Positions 18,409 through 27,746 of a DNA stretch of 64,000 nt are shown in pieces. Position 1 is the stretch's first letter, and each line of letters begins with the position of its first letter. The DNA is from an uncultured candidate division WWE3 bacterium (GTDB lineage Bacteria; Patescibacteriota; WWE3; UBA101185; UBA10185): positions 792-64,791 of the forward strand of contig CAVXUZ010000004.1 in NCBI GenBank assembly GCA_963765125.1, read 5' to 3'. Below the pieces are notes generated by a model, which did not search any database, was not told the DNA's origin, and saw nothing but the letters and a program-made list of their open reading frames with translations. The translations under genes and the position numbers were made by a program.

Positions 18409-19146
18409 GTGAAAGGATTTCTTATGGATCAACCAAATAATGAATACACACCTATGCCAAGAATAGGTGATACTGCTCCCTCTTTTAAAGCAACGACCAC
18501 ACAAGGTACGATTGAATTTCCCTCTCAATACAAAGGTAATTGGGTAATTCTCTTTAGTCACCCCGCTGATTTTACGCCAGTGTGTACGTCTGAGTTTATG
18601 ACTTTTGCCAGTCTCGAAAAAAAGTTTAATGACGCTAATTGTAAATTGGTTGGGTTATCGGTTGACGGGTTGTATAGCCATATTGCGTGGCTAAGAACAA
18701 TCAAAGAAAAAATTGAGTACAAGGGTATGAAAAATGTTGAAGTTAAATTTCCTCTAATTGAGGACATCACAATGGAAGTAGCTAAGAAGTATGGCATGAT
18801 ACAACCGGGAGAAAGCACAACCAAGGCCGTTAGAGCTGTATTTTTTATAGACCCAAAAGGAATAATCAGAACGATTATTTACTATCCATTGAGTTTAGGA
18901 AGAAACTTTGCCGAACTTTACAGAGTATTAATTGGATTACAAACTGCAGATAACTTTTCAGTTGCCTTACCAGCAGACTGGGAACCGGGAGATGACGTCA
19001 TCGTACCACCAGCAAACTCTTGTGGAGTTGCAAAACAAAGAATGGATTCAAAAACTGAAATGAAATGCTATGACTGGTTTTTTTGTACAAAGAAACTAGC
19101 GAAAGAAGCTGTTCTAAAAGCTCTTACACCAAAGAAGAAAAAATAG
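18409..19146 (+). CDS. peroxiredoxin (Prx6/TDXH type)
   Basis: FSHPADFTPVCTSEF, GRN, CYDWFFC; alternative start at ATG 18424. Confidence 0.93.
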   Translation: MKGFLMDQPNNEYTPMPRIGDTAPSFKATTTQGTIEFPSQYKGNWVILFSHPADFTPVCTSEFMTFASLEKKFNDANCKLVGLSVDGLYSHIAWLRTIKEKIEYKGMKNVEVKFPLIEDITMEVAKKYGMIQPGESTTKAVRAVFFIDPKGIIRTIIYYPLSLGRNFAELYRVLIGLQTADNFSVALPADWEPGDDVIVPPANSCGVAKQRMDSKTEMKCYDWFFCTKKLAKEAVLKALTPKKKK

Positions 19147-19174
19147 TTTTTTTGAATTACAATTTAAAAAACAA

Positions 19175-19483
19175 CTAGTCTAGTGTGTCTTCGTCTTCGA
19201 AAGAGGCAGCATTTGCAGATTTTGGATACGCCTTCAATCTAGCTCTAGAAATAACGTATCTATAGGCGCCAAGAGCAAAAATACTTAATCCGAGTGAAAT
19301 TAACGCCCATCCTATTAGTAAAATAACAATGCCGTCTTGAATAAAATGCAAAGCGCCAGCTCCACCTATGATTAATGATAGTCCTGTTCTAATGTATGCA
19401 AGAAACGTTCTTTCGTTTGCCATTAGCGTGCGATCAAGCGCCAAAGAATCCCTAGTTTTACAATTTTCTGTATTTTTCATCAA
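19175..19483 (-). CDS. DUF202 (YidH-like) membrane protein
   Basis: LALDRTLMANERTFLAYIRTGL. Confidence 0.88.
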   Translation of the reverse strand: MMKNTENCKTRDSLALDRTLMANERTFLAYIRTGLSLIIGGAGALHFIQDGIVILLIGWALISLGLSIFALGAYRYVISRARLKAYPKSANAASFEDEDTLD

Positions 19484-19554
19484 TAAAATGATAATGGTGA
19501 TTACACAGTTTGTAAAACACTACATTAATTGTGTAATTATAAACCCTATAGTAT

Positions 19555-19583
19555 TTGACAGGTGGGGGCGACGCTTGTATAAT
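19555..19583 (+). promoter_or_regulatory. consensus sigma70 promoter
   Basis: TTGACA-17 bp-TATAAT. Confidence 0.8.
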
Positions 19584-19610
19584 ATCAGAAACTCTAAAAA
19601 GGAGATGAGA

Positions 19611-20258
19611 ATGCACAACGTTAGCGAAGTCTTTGCAACGGCATTGAGCATGATTTTTTTGATCTTTGTCTTTAAACAGCTCCAAAATAAGTATCTAGCC
19701 ACTATCGGCGGAGAGAAAAACATAAAGTTTGGTTGGATGGAAAAAAACTTTGTCCAATACACGCTAACAATGTCGGTTTTGGAAAGTGGTTTGCGTAAAC
19801 CTATTACCGAAGAACTAGTCTATAGGCTACCATTGCTTCTTTTTGGGGTGGGTACGCCAGCACTGTGGATAATTATGACTCTGTGGTCTGTTTTATCTTT
19901 TGGTTTTGGCCACTGGAGCACACCTCGAGTTTTTTATATTACTCCAAAAAAGATCAGAAATAAGCTTGAGAACAGTCATACCGTTCGTTACTTCTATGAA
20001 AATATCGAAAATACACCACTAGACGATGTTGTTGATGAATATAGAAGACAGGCGGTAAAAGAATTGGATAGAGCTGCTATTAAAAAAGAATTTGATAAAC
20101 AAAGTGTTATATATGTTTCGTTTGCTTGTATTTTTGGCCTAGTAGTGTCCATTATTACAGTGTGGCAACAAAATATTTGGTACGCTGTTCTTACTCACTG
20201 TATTTTTAATGTCGCTAGTATCGTAACTAAAGTGCAAAGCTCCTATAAACTAGAATAG
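19611..20258 (+). CDS. CPBP/Abi family intramembrane metalloprotease
   Basis: PITEELVYR, FGFGH, HCIFN; SD AAGGAG. Confidence 0.75.
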   Translation: MHNVSEVFATALSMIFLIFVFKQLQNKYLATIGGEKNIKFGWMEKNFVQYTLTMSVLESGLRKPITEELVYRLPLLLFGVGTPALWIIMTLWSVLSFGFGHWSTPRVFYITPKKIRNKLENSHTVRYFYENIENTPLDDVVDEYRRQAVKELDRAAIKKEFDKQSVIYVSFACIFGLVVSIITVWQQNIWYAVLTHCIFNVASIVTKVQSSYKLE

Positions 20259-20274
20259 GAGCTTTTTCTTTTTT
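20236..20274 (+). terminator. intrinsic terminator
   Basis: AAAGCTCCTAT/ATAGGAGCTTT stem overlapping the stop codon, plus T run. Confidence 0.75.
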
Positions 20275-20381
20275 AAAACACTGCAACTTAAACAAAAATC
20301 CCACACCCAAATATTACCTATAGGTTGACTAGAACGGTTTTCGCTGGTAAAATCCACGAAATCATAAAAATGGAGGGATTA

Positions 20382-20657
20382 ATGTTGAAAAAAGAGTATA
20401 TTCGATGGCAGATGGTTGCACAAAGTCCTACAGGTGAAAAAATGGTAGTCAGCGCAGATGAAGGCCCAACAAAGTTTGATAACTCTTTACCTGATGCTCA
20501 CCATCTTATTTTTCAGCGAGGTGTGACAGTAGCTGTGGATAACTTGGTGGTTGGACCATCGTTACCAACTAAGCAGATTGAAATAATTATCCCATTCGGG
20601 TATTGCATTTATTTTATAAACCCGGGAAATTTCATCGCACCAAAAGACGGTCAATAG
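20382..20657 (+). CDS. hypothetical protein
   Basis: SD GGAGGG before ATG 20382. Confidence 0.6.
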   Translation: MLKKEYIRWQMVAQSPTGEKMVVSADEGPTKFDNSLPDAHHLIFQRGVTVAVDNLVVGPSLPTKQIEIIIPFGYCIYFINPGNFIAPKDGQ

Positions 20658-20665
20658 GAGGAGCT

Positions 20666-21013
20666 GTGTTAAATAAGTCTGATCTTGTAAAATTAAAAGC
20701 GTACATGCCTTATGACACAATTAAAGTCTGTGTTCATACAGATCAAGATGAAGTCGTTCACGTTGAGGGTGACCTGGTACCTGAATTTGGGATTTTTGCC
20801 AACAAAGTAGTCGACGAATGCAAAGATCTTAAGGGAAAACCGGATAGAGCCTCTCTCACGTTAAAAAACAGTGATGGAACGATTGCAAGATCCTTCGAAA
20901 TTGCAGAGGGAGCAGATTTAGCAAATATGGTAAGAGTCGTTATCGCAGAATCAGTCAACACCCTTAAACGCAGTTCATTAATCTTATTAAGGGATGACAG
21001 ACATAAGATCTGA
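20666..21013 (+). CDS. hypothetical protein
   Basis: SD AGGAGGAG before GTG 20666. Confidence 0.6.
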   Translation: MLNKSDLVKLKAYMPYDTIKVCVHTDQDEVVHVEGDLVPEFGIFANKVVDECKDLKGKPDRASLTLKNSDGTIARSFEIAEGADLANMVRVVIAESVNTLKRSSLILLRDDRHKI

Positions 21014-21033
21014 AAATAACTAGCTACAAAAAC

Positions 21034-21066
21034 AAGGACAAGCCAACAAAGCCTGTCCTTTTTTTA
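21034..21066 (+). terminator. intrinsic terminator
   Basis: AAGGACAAGC/GCCTGTCCTT stem plus T run. Confidence 0.7.
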
Positions 21067-21104
21067 TGCTCAAAATATTACGGGTGTATCATTAAAATAT
21101 CACC

Positions 21105-21374
21105 ATGCCATATACTGTTTATTTACTAAAATGTGCTGACGGTTCATATTACTGTGGGTACACTACTGATATAGAAAAGCGCTTACTTTTGCACAATACC
21201 TCAAAGAAGGGTGCAAAGTATACCGCGTCAAAACGCCCTGTTACGTTAGCTTATACGGAAACCTACGATAGTTTAAGTGAGGCATTAAAGCGCGAGGCTG
21301 CAATAAAACGCCTCAATCACCAACAAAAAGAATCACTTATAAAACTTGCTATTACGCCCAAAACACGAATATAA
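21105..21374 (+). CDS. GIY-YIG nuclease family protein (UPF0213)
   Basis: YTVYLLKCADGSYYCGYTTDIEKRL..HN..KGAKYT...ALKREAAIK. Confidence 0.92.
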   Translation: MPYTVYLLKCADGSYYCGYTTDIEKRLLLHNTSKKGAKYTASKRPVTLAYTETYDSLSEALKREAAIKRLNHQQKESLIKLAITPKTRI

Positions 21375-21380
21375 TCGGGT

Positions 21381-22325
21381 GTGCCTAATTTTTGGAAAAA
21401 CCTTAAAAAACCATTTACTGTTCTTGCTCCGATGGATGACGTTACCGACGTTGTTTTTAGAGAAATTATCGCAGACATAGCTAGACCTGACGTATTTGTT
21501 ACAGAATTTACAAGCGTCGATGCGATGGTGTCGATAGGTGCAGAAAAAATAAAAAGAAAATTGCAGTTCACAGAAAAACAACGCCCGATAGTTGCACAGA
21601 TCTGGGGAGCAAAACCAGAAAATTATTTTATCGTCGCACAAGAATTAGAAAAATTAGGTTTTAATGGAATTGATATAAATATGGGGTGCCCTGATAAAAA
21701 TGTCGTGAAACTAAAATCTGGTTCAGCGCTCATTAATAAAACAGAATTAGTTAGTGAAATTGTTGACGCGGTTAAAAAAGGAGCGCCTAATACTTCATTA
21801 AGCATAAAAACAAGACTCGACGTTACACCAGAGCTTACAGAAAAATGGATTTCTTATCTTCTTTCTCTAGATATTGATGAACTTACGATTCACGGCCGTG
21901 ACGCGCCCTCTCTTTCTAAAGTTGACGCAAACTGGGACGAAATCGGTAAGGTAGTTAAAGCCCGCAATAAAGCAAAAAAAGATGTTATTGTGGTTGGTAA
22001 CGGCGACGTTAAAGATATTATTGAAGTCGACGAAAAACACAAAAAATATAAAGTTGATGGTGTGATGATTGGTAGAGGTGTATTTCATAATCCTTGGCTC
22101 TTTGATAAAAATACTTGCCGCGAGATCCACTACAAAAAAGAAAGAATAGAACTACTACTCAAACATACGCGACTTTTTGAAAGCATGTGGGGTAAAAACA
22201 AAAACTTTGAAACAATGAAAAAGTTTTTCAAAATCTACATCAAAGAATTTATAGGCGCAGATAAATTAAGACAAAAATTAATGCTATGTAAATCGTACGA
22301 TGAGGTTTATGAAATCTTCTCTTGA
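21381..22325 (+). CDS. dus: tRNA-dihydrouridine synthase
   Basis: LAPMDDVTD, IDINMGCP, TIHGR, GNGDV, DGVMIGRG. Confidence 0.93.
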   Translation: MPNFWKNLKKPFTVLAPMDDVTDVVFREIIADIARPDVFVTEFTSVDAMVSIGAEKIKRKLQFTEKQRPIVAQIWGAKPENYFIVAQELEKLGFNGIDINMGCPDKNVVKLKSGSALINKTELVSEIVDAVKKGAPNTSLSIKTRLDVTPELTEKWISYLLSLDIDELTIHGRDAPSLSKVDANWDEIGKVVKARNKAKKDVIVVGNGDVKDIIEVDEKHKKYKVDGVMIGRGVFHNPWLFDKNTCREIHYKKERIELLLKHTRLFESMWGKNKNFETMKKFFKIYIKEFIGADKLRQKLMLCKSYDEVYEIFS

Positions 22326-22636
22326 ATCGTCGCTCGATACTTAAACCACCTCTGCGTCATATTCTCCAAATATCTATAGTGAAAAATATAAGCGACAAAT
22401 AAAATCAGCAATGGAAAATCTAAATAAACCAAATACAGCCTAAGTGTAATTACCGTCGTGAGAATGCACATAAGCATCGCATTACCAACAAAAATAGTAA
22501 CCAAAAGATGAATTAATCTCTCGTGCTGAATCTGTAAAAGCATCGTTTTATGATTTTCTAAAACTTTTACCCAGTTTTCGGTTTGGTTATTTGCAGCAAT
22601 AATGTTTTTTATAGTTTTATCGTATTTTTTAAGCAT
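22307..22636 (-). CDS. hypothetical membrane protein
   Basis: QHERLIHLLVT...YIFHYRYLEN..Q; 2 TM. Confidence 0.7.
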   Translation of the reverse strand: MLKKYDKTIKNIIAANNQTENWVKVLENHKTMLLQIQHERLIHLLVTIFVGNAMLMCILTTVITLRLYLVYLDFPLLILFVAYIFHYRYLENMTQRWFKYRATIQEKIS

Positions 22637-22742
22637 TTGTTATCCCTACTAATTATAGAGCAGTCGACGCGATTTTTCTTTTTTGACATAAAAATGCCCG
22701 TATGATAGCCTTGTCTCAAATCAAACGAAGGGAGTGAAAAAT

Positions 22743-22991
22743 ATGGCTACTATAACCATTCAATGGAATCGGATGCCCGGTTATATTATTCTTAAATTAC
22801 TCAACGAAAGTGGTGAGCAGGTCGCAGAAGATTATTACGGCGGTGAACCTGAGCCCAATGTTGTTGAAAAATATTTAAGAGATATTGGTCAACTCAACCC
22901 GGAGAACGTGGTTCAACATAGAGAGGGTAAAGATCCTTATAAGATAGGACCTTCCTTCGCACATTCAAATCAACAAGATAAAGGAGAGTAG
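22743..22991 (+). CDS. hypothetical protein
   Basis: SD GGGAGTG; TTGACA promoter at 22683. Confidence 0.6.
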   Translation: MATITIQWNRMPGYIILKLLNESGEQVAEDYYGGEPEPNVVEKYLRDIGQLNPENVVQHREGKDPYKIGPSFAHSNQQDKGE

Positions 22992-22993
22992 TA

Positions 22994-23698
22994 ATGGTAC
23001 CTATAAAAACTGTACTAAAAGAATGGCAATTTGTAAAAATCCTTAACGTTGATAAAGAGCTTGAGAAACTCAGATTTGAGTATGTCCAAGCACTGTATAA
23101 CAGCGTTCAAGAGTGTATGCTGAGCGTGCATGCCTTCATCAGCTTTAACTTGAGTTCAACGAGTAGATGGGTAGAATATTTTTTAAGTCAACAAGACATA
23201 AACCCTCATATCTTTTCTACTAATCCGACGCTAGACTCCGAAAAAGAACTGCTACTTTGGTTTAATACAGGTCGGATTGTACAAGTTGCTAAACTCGTTA
23301 CAACTCGAGAAGATGGCTCACAGATTGCCTTAATTAATTTAAGGTATGGGAGTGAACCGCTTGAGATTGATACTGCGACAATGCAAATAGAACCCGCGAA
23401 CCATTATGAAACTGAGGGATACACCAAGTTTCATCCTGGAATGCTAGTTTCGATTACCGAGCCAAGAGGCATTCTCTACGAGCTAGACTCAACTATTTAC
23501 CAAAGGTATAAAGCATTTCCAATAAGAAATGACGCAATTAATAGTGTGAAGACCTCTATATACAGACGGCTGAAAAGTAATCCCGTTCTTCAGGTGTTTA
23601 TGGTTGAACCTTCAGAAAAACGTATTTTGGTCTATAAAGACGAGCTTAGTAGTGATAACCCAATCTACGTAAATCCAAAGTTTCTTACTCCTGTCTAG
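22994..23698 (+). CDS. hypothetical protein
   Basis: SD AAGGAG; 234-aa ORF followed by a terminator. Confidence 0.7.
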   Translation: MVPIKTVLKEWQFVKILNVDKELEKLRFEYVQALYNSVQECMLSVHAFISFNLSSTSRWVEYFLSQQDINPHIFSTNPTLDSEKELLLWFNTGRIVQVAKLVTTREDGSQIALINLRYGSEPLEIDTATMQIEPANHYETEGYTKFHPGMLVSITEPRGILYELDSTIYQRYKAFPIRNDAINSVKTSIYRRLKSNPVLQVFMVEPSEKRILVYKDELSSDNPIYVNPKFLTPV

Positions 23699-23705
23699 AA
23701 ACTGA

Positions 23706-23738
23706 AATCCCCAATGTACCAACCTTGGGGATTTTTTT
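23706..23738 (+). terminator. intrinsic terminator
   Basis: AAATCCCCAA/TTGGGGATTT stem plus T run. Confidence 0.8.
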
Positions 23739-23810
23739 GTGCAAAATAAAATAAACCACAAAAACACAAGTATCCAAAGCACAATCGTAAAGAGATGGTA
23801 ACATTAATGT

Positions 23811-24575
23811 ATGGATCTTATTAAAACGTCTACACACAAAGCGCGTATGGATTTGGCTGAAGAAATATTCTGTAAGATCATGCACGAGAAAAAGAACGAA
23901 ATCTTGGCAGTTGGGTTATATGGCTCCATGGCAAAGCACACCGATACTCCATTTTCAGATATTGAGTTTGATGTAATACCTAAAGAAGAAGATGTTAATT
24001 ATTCTGTGAGCCATATATATAAAGGTATAAAATACGAAATTTGTTACATAAGTAAAAACATATTAATTCAAAATATCCGTAATCCTGCAAATATTGATTG
24101 GCCAAAAACAATTTCAGCCTCTTTAACAGCTAAGCCATTTTACGACCCAACTAACACATTTGAAGAATTTAAAAAAGAATACAACAAAATTATAAAAGCT
24201 GATTTTACTCCATTTTATAAAGATTTGTTCGTTGATGGAATATATGAGTCTATGTGTAAGTTTATTAAAGCTGTTAAACACGGCGATATGTCTTCAGTAA
24301 GATTTTACGCGTATCACTATTTGTTTGATGAATTCATTTGTTTTATTGCAATACTAAATAAAACTTTTATAAACAATGCTGCTACTAGAGGTGTTGACTC
24401 TATAAATATGCCTATTAATTTTAATTCCTATAAAGTGTTTGCAAGATTACTTATAAATGGCGAAGTTGAAAAACCTGACACACTGATTGAGAGTGCATTC
24501 TCCGTTTATAAAGAAATAGAAACATTTATCCTATCAAAGAATATAAAAATAGAAACCGACGAAATAATCCTATAA
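23811..24575 (+). CDS. kanamycin nucleotidyltransferase-like protein (ANT(4')-I family homolog)
   Basis: AVGLYGSMAKHTDTPFSDIEF resembles KNTase GVYGSLGRQTDGPYSDIE; DWP motif; similar length. Confidence 0.75.
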   Translation: MDLIKTSTHKARMDLAEEIFCKIMHEKKNEILAVGLYGSMAKHTDTPFSDIEFDVIPKEEDVNYSVSHIYKGIKYEICYISKNILIQNIRNPANIDWPKTISASLTAKPFYDPTNTFEEFKKEYNKIIKADFTPFYKDLFVDGIYESMCKFIKAVKHGDMSSVRFYAYHYLFDEFICFIAILNKTFINNAATRGVDSINMPINFNSYKVFARLLINGEVEKPDTLIESAFSVYKEIETFILSKNIKIETDEIIL

Positions 24576-24695
24576 GTTGCGTTTTATAACTACAAGTGGT
24601 AAATTACAACCAATCGTATCGTTGAGACAGTGCAATGCACATTGAAATATAAATGTCTCTAATCTCATCAAACCTATGACAAAAGAGAGGACAAA

Positions 24696-25268
24696 ATGAA
24701 TAGGCAAAAATGGTTTAATTTTACTACGCGTGAACTTGTTGCAATGGCCATATTGATCGCAGTAGCCGGGGTTATTCAGGTCCTTTGGGCCCAAATCGTC
24801 TACAACCTTCAATGGTTAGGACCGTTTACTAATCTTTTTGGAAGTTTTGGTTTCAACATTGTGAGCTTTGCTGTACTATTTCTCATCAGAAAACCAGGTG
24901 CAGCAACAGTTGTAAAGGTATTAGCTGGTGTTATTGAACTCGCTATGGGTAGTCCAGTCGGCCCAGTTGTAATTTTCTACAATCTTGTAGAGGGTTTCGC
25001 TGCTGATCTGGCATTTGTATTCTTCAAAGGTGATTTTTCTTTATACATGATAATCACCGGATCGATCATAGCTTGGCTTCTAGCAGCTCCAGTTGATGCA
25101 TACCGCGATGCCGTACCAATGACAACAAGTGGTATTGTTGGATACTTTGGTCCTGGCGGAATGGGTAAAGTATGGATTTCACTTTGGGTCTATCTAACCC
25201 TACTTGCTCTTAAAAAGGCAGGTGTTAAACCAATCACAAAGGAAAGTACTGTAATAGTAAATACTTAA
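24696..25268 (+). CDS. ECF transporter S component (YkoE-like)
   Basis: FTTRELVAMAILIA, LIRKPGAA, EGFAADLAF; upstream of ECF A-A and T genes. Confidence 0.8.
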   Translation: MNRQKWFNFTTRELVAMAILIAVAGVIQVLWAQIVYNLQWLGPFTNLFGSFGFNIVSFAVLFLIRKPGAATVVKVLAGVIELAMGSPVGPVVIFYNLVEGFAADLAFVFFKGDFSLYMIITGSIIAWLLAAPVDAYRDAVPMTTSGIVGYFGPGGMGKVWISLWVYLTLLALKKAGVKPITKESTVIVNT

Positions 25269-25306
25269 TCAGTATTACAACTATTTTACTTTTTGAATCG
25301 ATAAAT

Positions 25307-25338
25307 AGCCCGTCAAAAATCATATTTGCCGGGCTTTT
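25307..25338 (+). terminator. intra-operon hairpin/terminator
   Basis: AGCCCGTCAAA/TTTGCCGGGCT plus T run. Confidence 0.6.
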
Positions 25339-25379
25339 ATTTTTGACTATTTTATAATTCAAAAGAAACGGAGGACTAA

Positions 25380-26969
25380 ATGATTTCGGTTAAGAACTTT
25401 TCGTATTCTTACCCAAACAACCGTCCAGCTTTGAAGAACATAAATCTTTCTGTATCCTCCGGTGAATTTGTATTGATAGCAGGCCCAAATGGTGGCGGCA
25501 AATCAACACTTTTACAAGCAATCCTAGGTGTAGTACCGGAGTACTATGGTGGTGAGATAAGTGGAAGAATTACGTTCGAAGGCAAAGACGTTAAAGAATT
25601 TGGCATAGTAAAACTAGCAGGAAAAATTGGCATAGTTCTTCAAGACCCAGAAAGCCAGATAAGCAACTTGACTGTATGGGAAGAAGTAACTTTTGCGTTA
25701 GGCAATCTTCTTACGCCGCAGGAAGAGATAATACAACGCGGTAAGCAGTCGTTAGAAACAATGGATATACTTCCGCTACGTAACGCGTCGGTTGAAACTC
25801 TTTCAGGTGGGCAGCTACAAAGACTAGCAATTGCAACTCTAGTAGCTTTGCATCCCAGAATTATGATCTTAGATGAGCCGTTGGCAAGCCTAGATCCTCT
25901 TGGAGTAAAGTCTGTTATCGACGCTCTAAAAGTTCTTAAAAACTTTGTTGATGTAATAATAGTTGCGTCGCATTGGCTTGACCCTTTCTTAGATCTATCT
26001 ACGCGTTTAATAGTAGTAGATTCTGGAAGTATCGTTTTAGACATACCGTCAGCAACTATTGATAACCACCAAGAAGAGCTTAGTTTTCACAGCGTTGAAA
26101 TCCCACAGAGAATCTTGATAAAAAAGATTTTAAGCTCTCAAGGTATCAAATATTTTTCCAAAAATGGAAGTCTAATTCTCCCTAATGGAAAAACACTCAA
26201 GCCAGTTCAACACAATGCCAGTAGTAATGCTGATTTTGGGTTGGTGATGGATGGCGTAAGCTACTCATATAGTGGATGCCTGGAAACACTCAAGAATGTC
26301 ACTTTAAGTTTAAGAAAACATTCAAGAACTGCGATTGCAGGCCGTAACGGCGCGGGAAAAAGCACGTTGGCTAGACTCTTAGCGGGGTTGAGAAAACCAA
26401 AAAGTGGTAGGTTGATAATTAATTATCAAACCATATCGATGACTACTCAAAAACCAAGTTTAGGTTTTATTACAAACAAAGTGCTTGAGGAACTGAGATA
26501 TGGATTGAATCTCTCTGAAGCAGAAGCAATTAGAATTCTTGAAGAATTTAATCTTGCTCAATTTAAAGAGGTTTCACCATTTACACTTTCTGGGGGTGAA
26601 CAAAGACGTTTCTCTCTGGCTTTAGCTTTATCATCAAAACCAGATCAGATAATTCTCGATGAACCTACTGCTGGTATGGATACCAATCAAGTGAGGTTTA
26701 TGATAAGCACTATGGAAAAGTTCGATGGTGCATCAGTTTTTGTGACGCACGATCCAAGACTGGTAGGAACGTTCTTGAAAGAAATCGCAGTCATAGAAAA
26801 TGGCATGCTCTTTTTCAAAGGTGTTACATCAGATTTAGACTCGGAAACTTTTTCCCTCTTGGGTTACCAATTCACAAATGCAACGGTAAAGTTTGCTCTA
26901 CAGTATCTTCAAAGAGAGCTACCGATGCTACCATCGCAGATCGAGGTGATACATGAATCTAGCATATAA
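25380..26969 (+). CDS. ECF transporter duplicated ATPase (YkoD-like)
   Basis: two ABC domains: GPNGGGKST/LSGGQ/LDEP and GRNGAGKST/LSGGE/LDEP. Confidence 0.92.
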   Translation: MISVKNFSYSYPNNRPALKNINLSVSSGEFVLIAGPNGGGKSTLLQAILGVVPEYYGGEISGRITFEGKDVKEFGIVKLAGKIGIVLQDPESQISNLTVWEEVTFALGNLLTPQEEIIQRGKQSLETMDILPLRNASVETLSGGQLQRLAIATLVALHPRIMILDEPLASLDPLGVKSVIDALKVLKNFVDVIIVASHWLDPFLDLSTRLIVVDSGSIVLDIPSATIDNHQEELSFHSVEIPQRILIKKILSSQGIKYFSKNGSLILPNGKTLKPVQHNASSNADFGLVMDGVSYSYSGCLETLKNVTLSLRKHSRTAIAGRNGAGKSTLARLLAGLRKPKSGRLIINYQTISMTTQKPSLGFITNKVLEELRYGLNLSEAEAIRILEEFNLAQFKEVSPFTLSGGEQRRFSLALALSSKPDQIILDEPTAGMDTNQVRFMISTMEKFDGASVFVTHDPRLVGTFLKEIAVIENGMLFFKGVTSDLDSETFSLLGYQFTNATVKFALQYLQRELPMLPSQIEVIHESSI

Positions 26970-27693
26970 TGCAAAGGCAACGGTGTTTCAGAAAATTGAT
27001 CCGATAACAAAGCTGGTTTGGACCTTTGTTGTAGCGTGGTGGCTATACGGATTGAGAGACATTTGGAGTGTTGTAGCAGTAAGTTTTGGGATTACATTAA
27101 TCTCATACGTCTGTTCAAAGTTTAACTTAACTAGTTTTCTAAAAGTCTCTGGGATAATTTTTCTTGGAGGATGGGGATTAATGGTTTATCAAGGTCTTTT
27201 TAGACCTGGGCCAGGGATACCCGTTGGGCCTTTTGTGCTGTCATACGAAGGAATGACTTTAGGTTTCTCCTTGGCACTACGCACGTTTGGTCTTGTTGCT
27301 GCAGGCTGGGCTTTTTCTATCAGCACAAGCCCGAAGGACATGGAACTTTCTATGGTAAAAATGCATGTACCCTACAAAATTGCGCGGGTTGCATATTTAT
27401 CACTAAGATTAATTCCTATCTTTAAAAGAGACATTCAAATGATTCAGGACATTCAAACTTTAAGAAAGGTGAAAAACGGTTTAGACAGATTTAAAAAATC
27501 TATCGTTGCTTTAATCGCAACCGAAGTCAGACAGGTTGATACCATTTCAATAGCATTAGAAACTAGAGGATTTGGTCTGTACGACAAAAGGTCTGAATTA
27601 ACAACTGTCACAATTTCAAAAAGTGGAATCGCACTAGTAACTATAACAATACTACTGATGATTCTCCACAACGTAGCATTAAAAATGTTATAA
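26953..27693 (+). CDS. ECF transporter T component
   Basis: DPITKL, SLRLIP, ALETRGF. Confidence 0.88.
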   Translation: MNLAYNAKATVFQKIDPITKLVWTFVVAWWLYGLRDIWSVVAVSFGITLISYVCSKFNLTSFLKVSGIIFLGGWGLMVYQGLFRPGPGIPVGPFVLSYEGMTLGFSLALRTFGLVAAGWAFSISTSPKDMELSMVKMHVPYKIARVAYLSLRLIPIFKRDIQMIQDIQTLRKVKNGLDRFKKSIVALIATEVRQVDTISIALETRGFGLYDKRSELTTVTISKSGIALVTITILLMILHNVALKML

Positions 27694-27695
27694 AA

Positions 27696-27736
27696 AAAGG
27701 GCAAGCTATTTTCCTCACGGAATATACTTGCCCTTT
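27696..27736. terminator. bidirectional terminator
   Basis: AAAGGGCAAG/CTTGCCCTTT between convergent genes. Confidence 0.75.
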
Positions 27737-27746
27737 ATGTTACTTG

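Noticed and set aside
19368-19610. N-terminal extension of the CPBP ORF
   Set aside because: It overlaps the antisense DUF202 gene; a consensus promoter and SD place the start at 19611.
23717-23729. TACCAACCTTGGG complementary to 14334-14346
   Set aside because: It is part of an unrelated terminator; a single 13-mer without further support.
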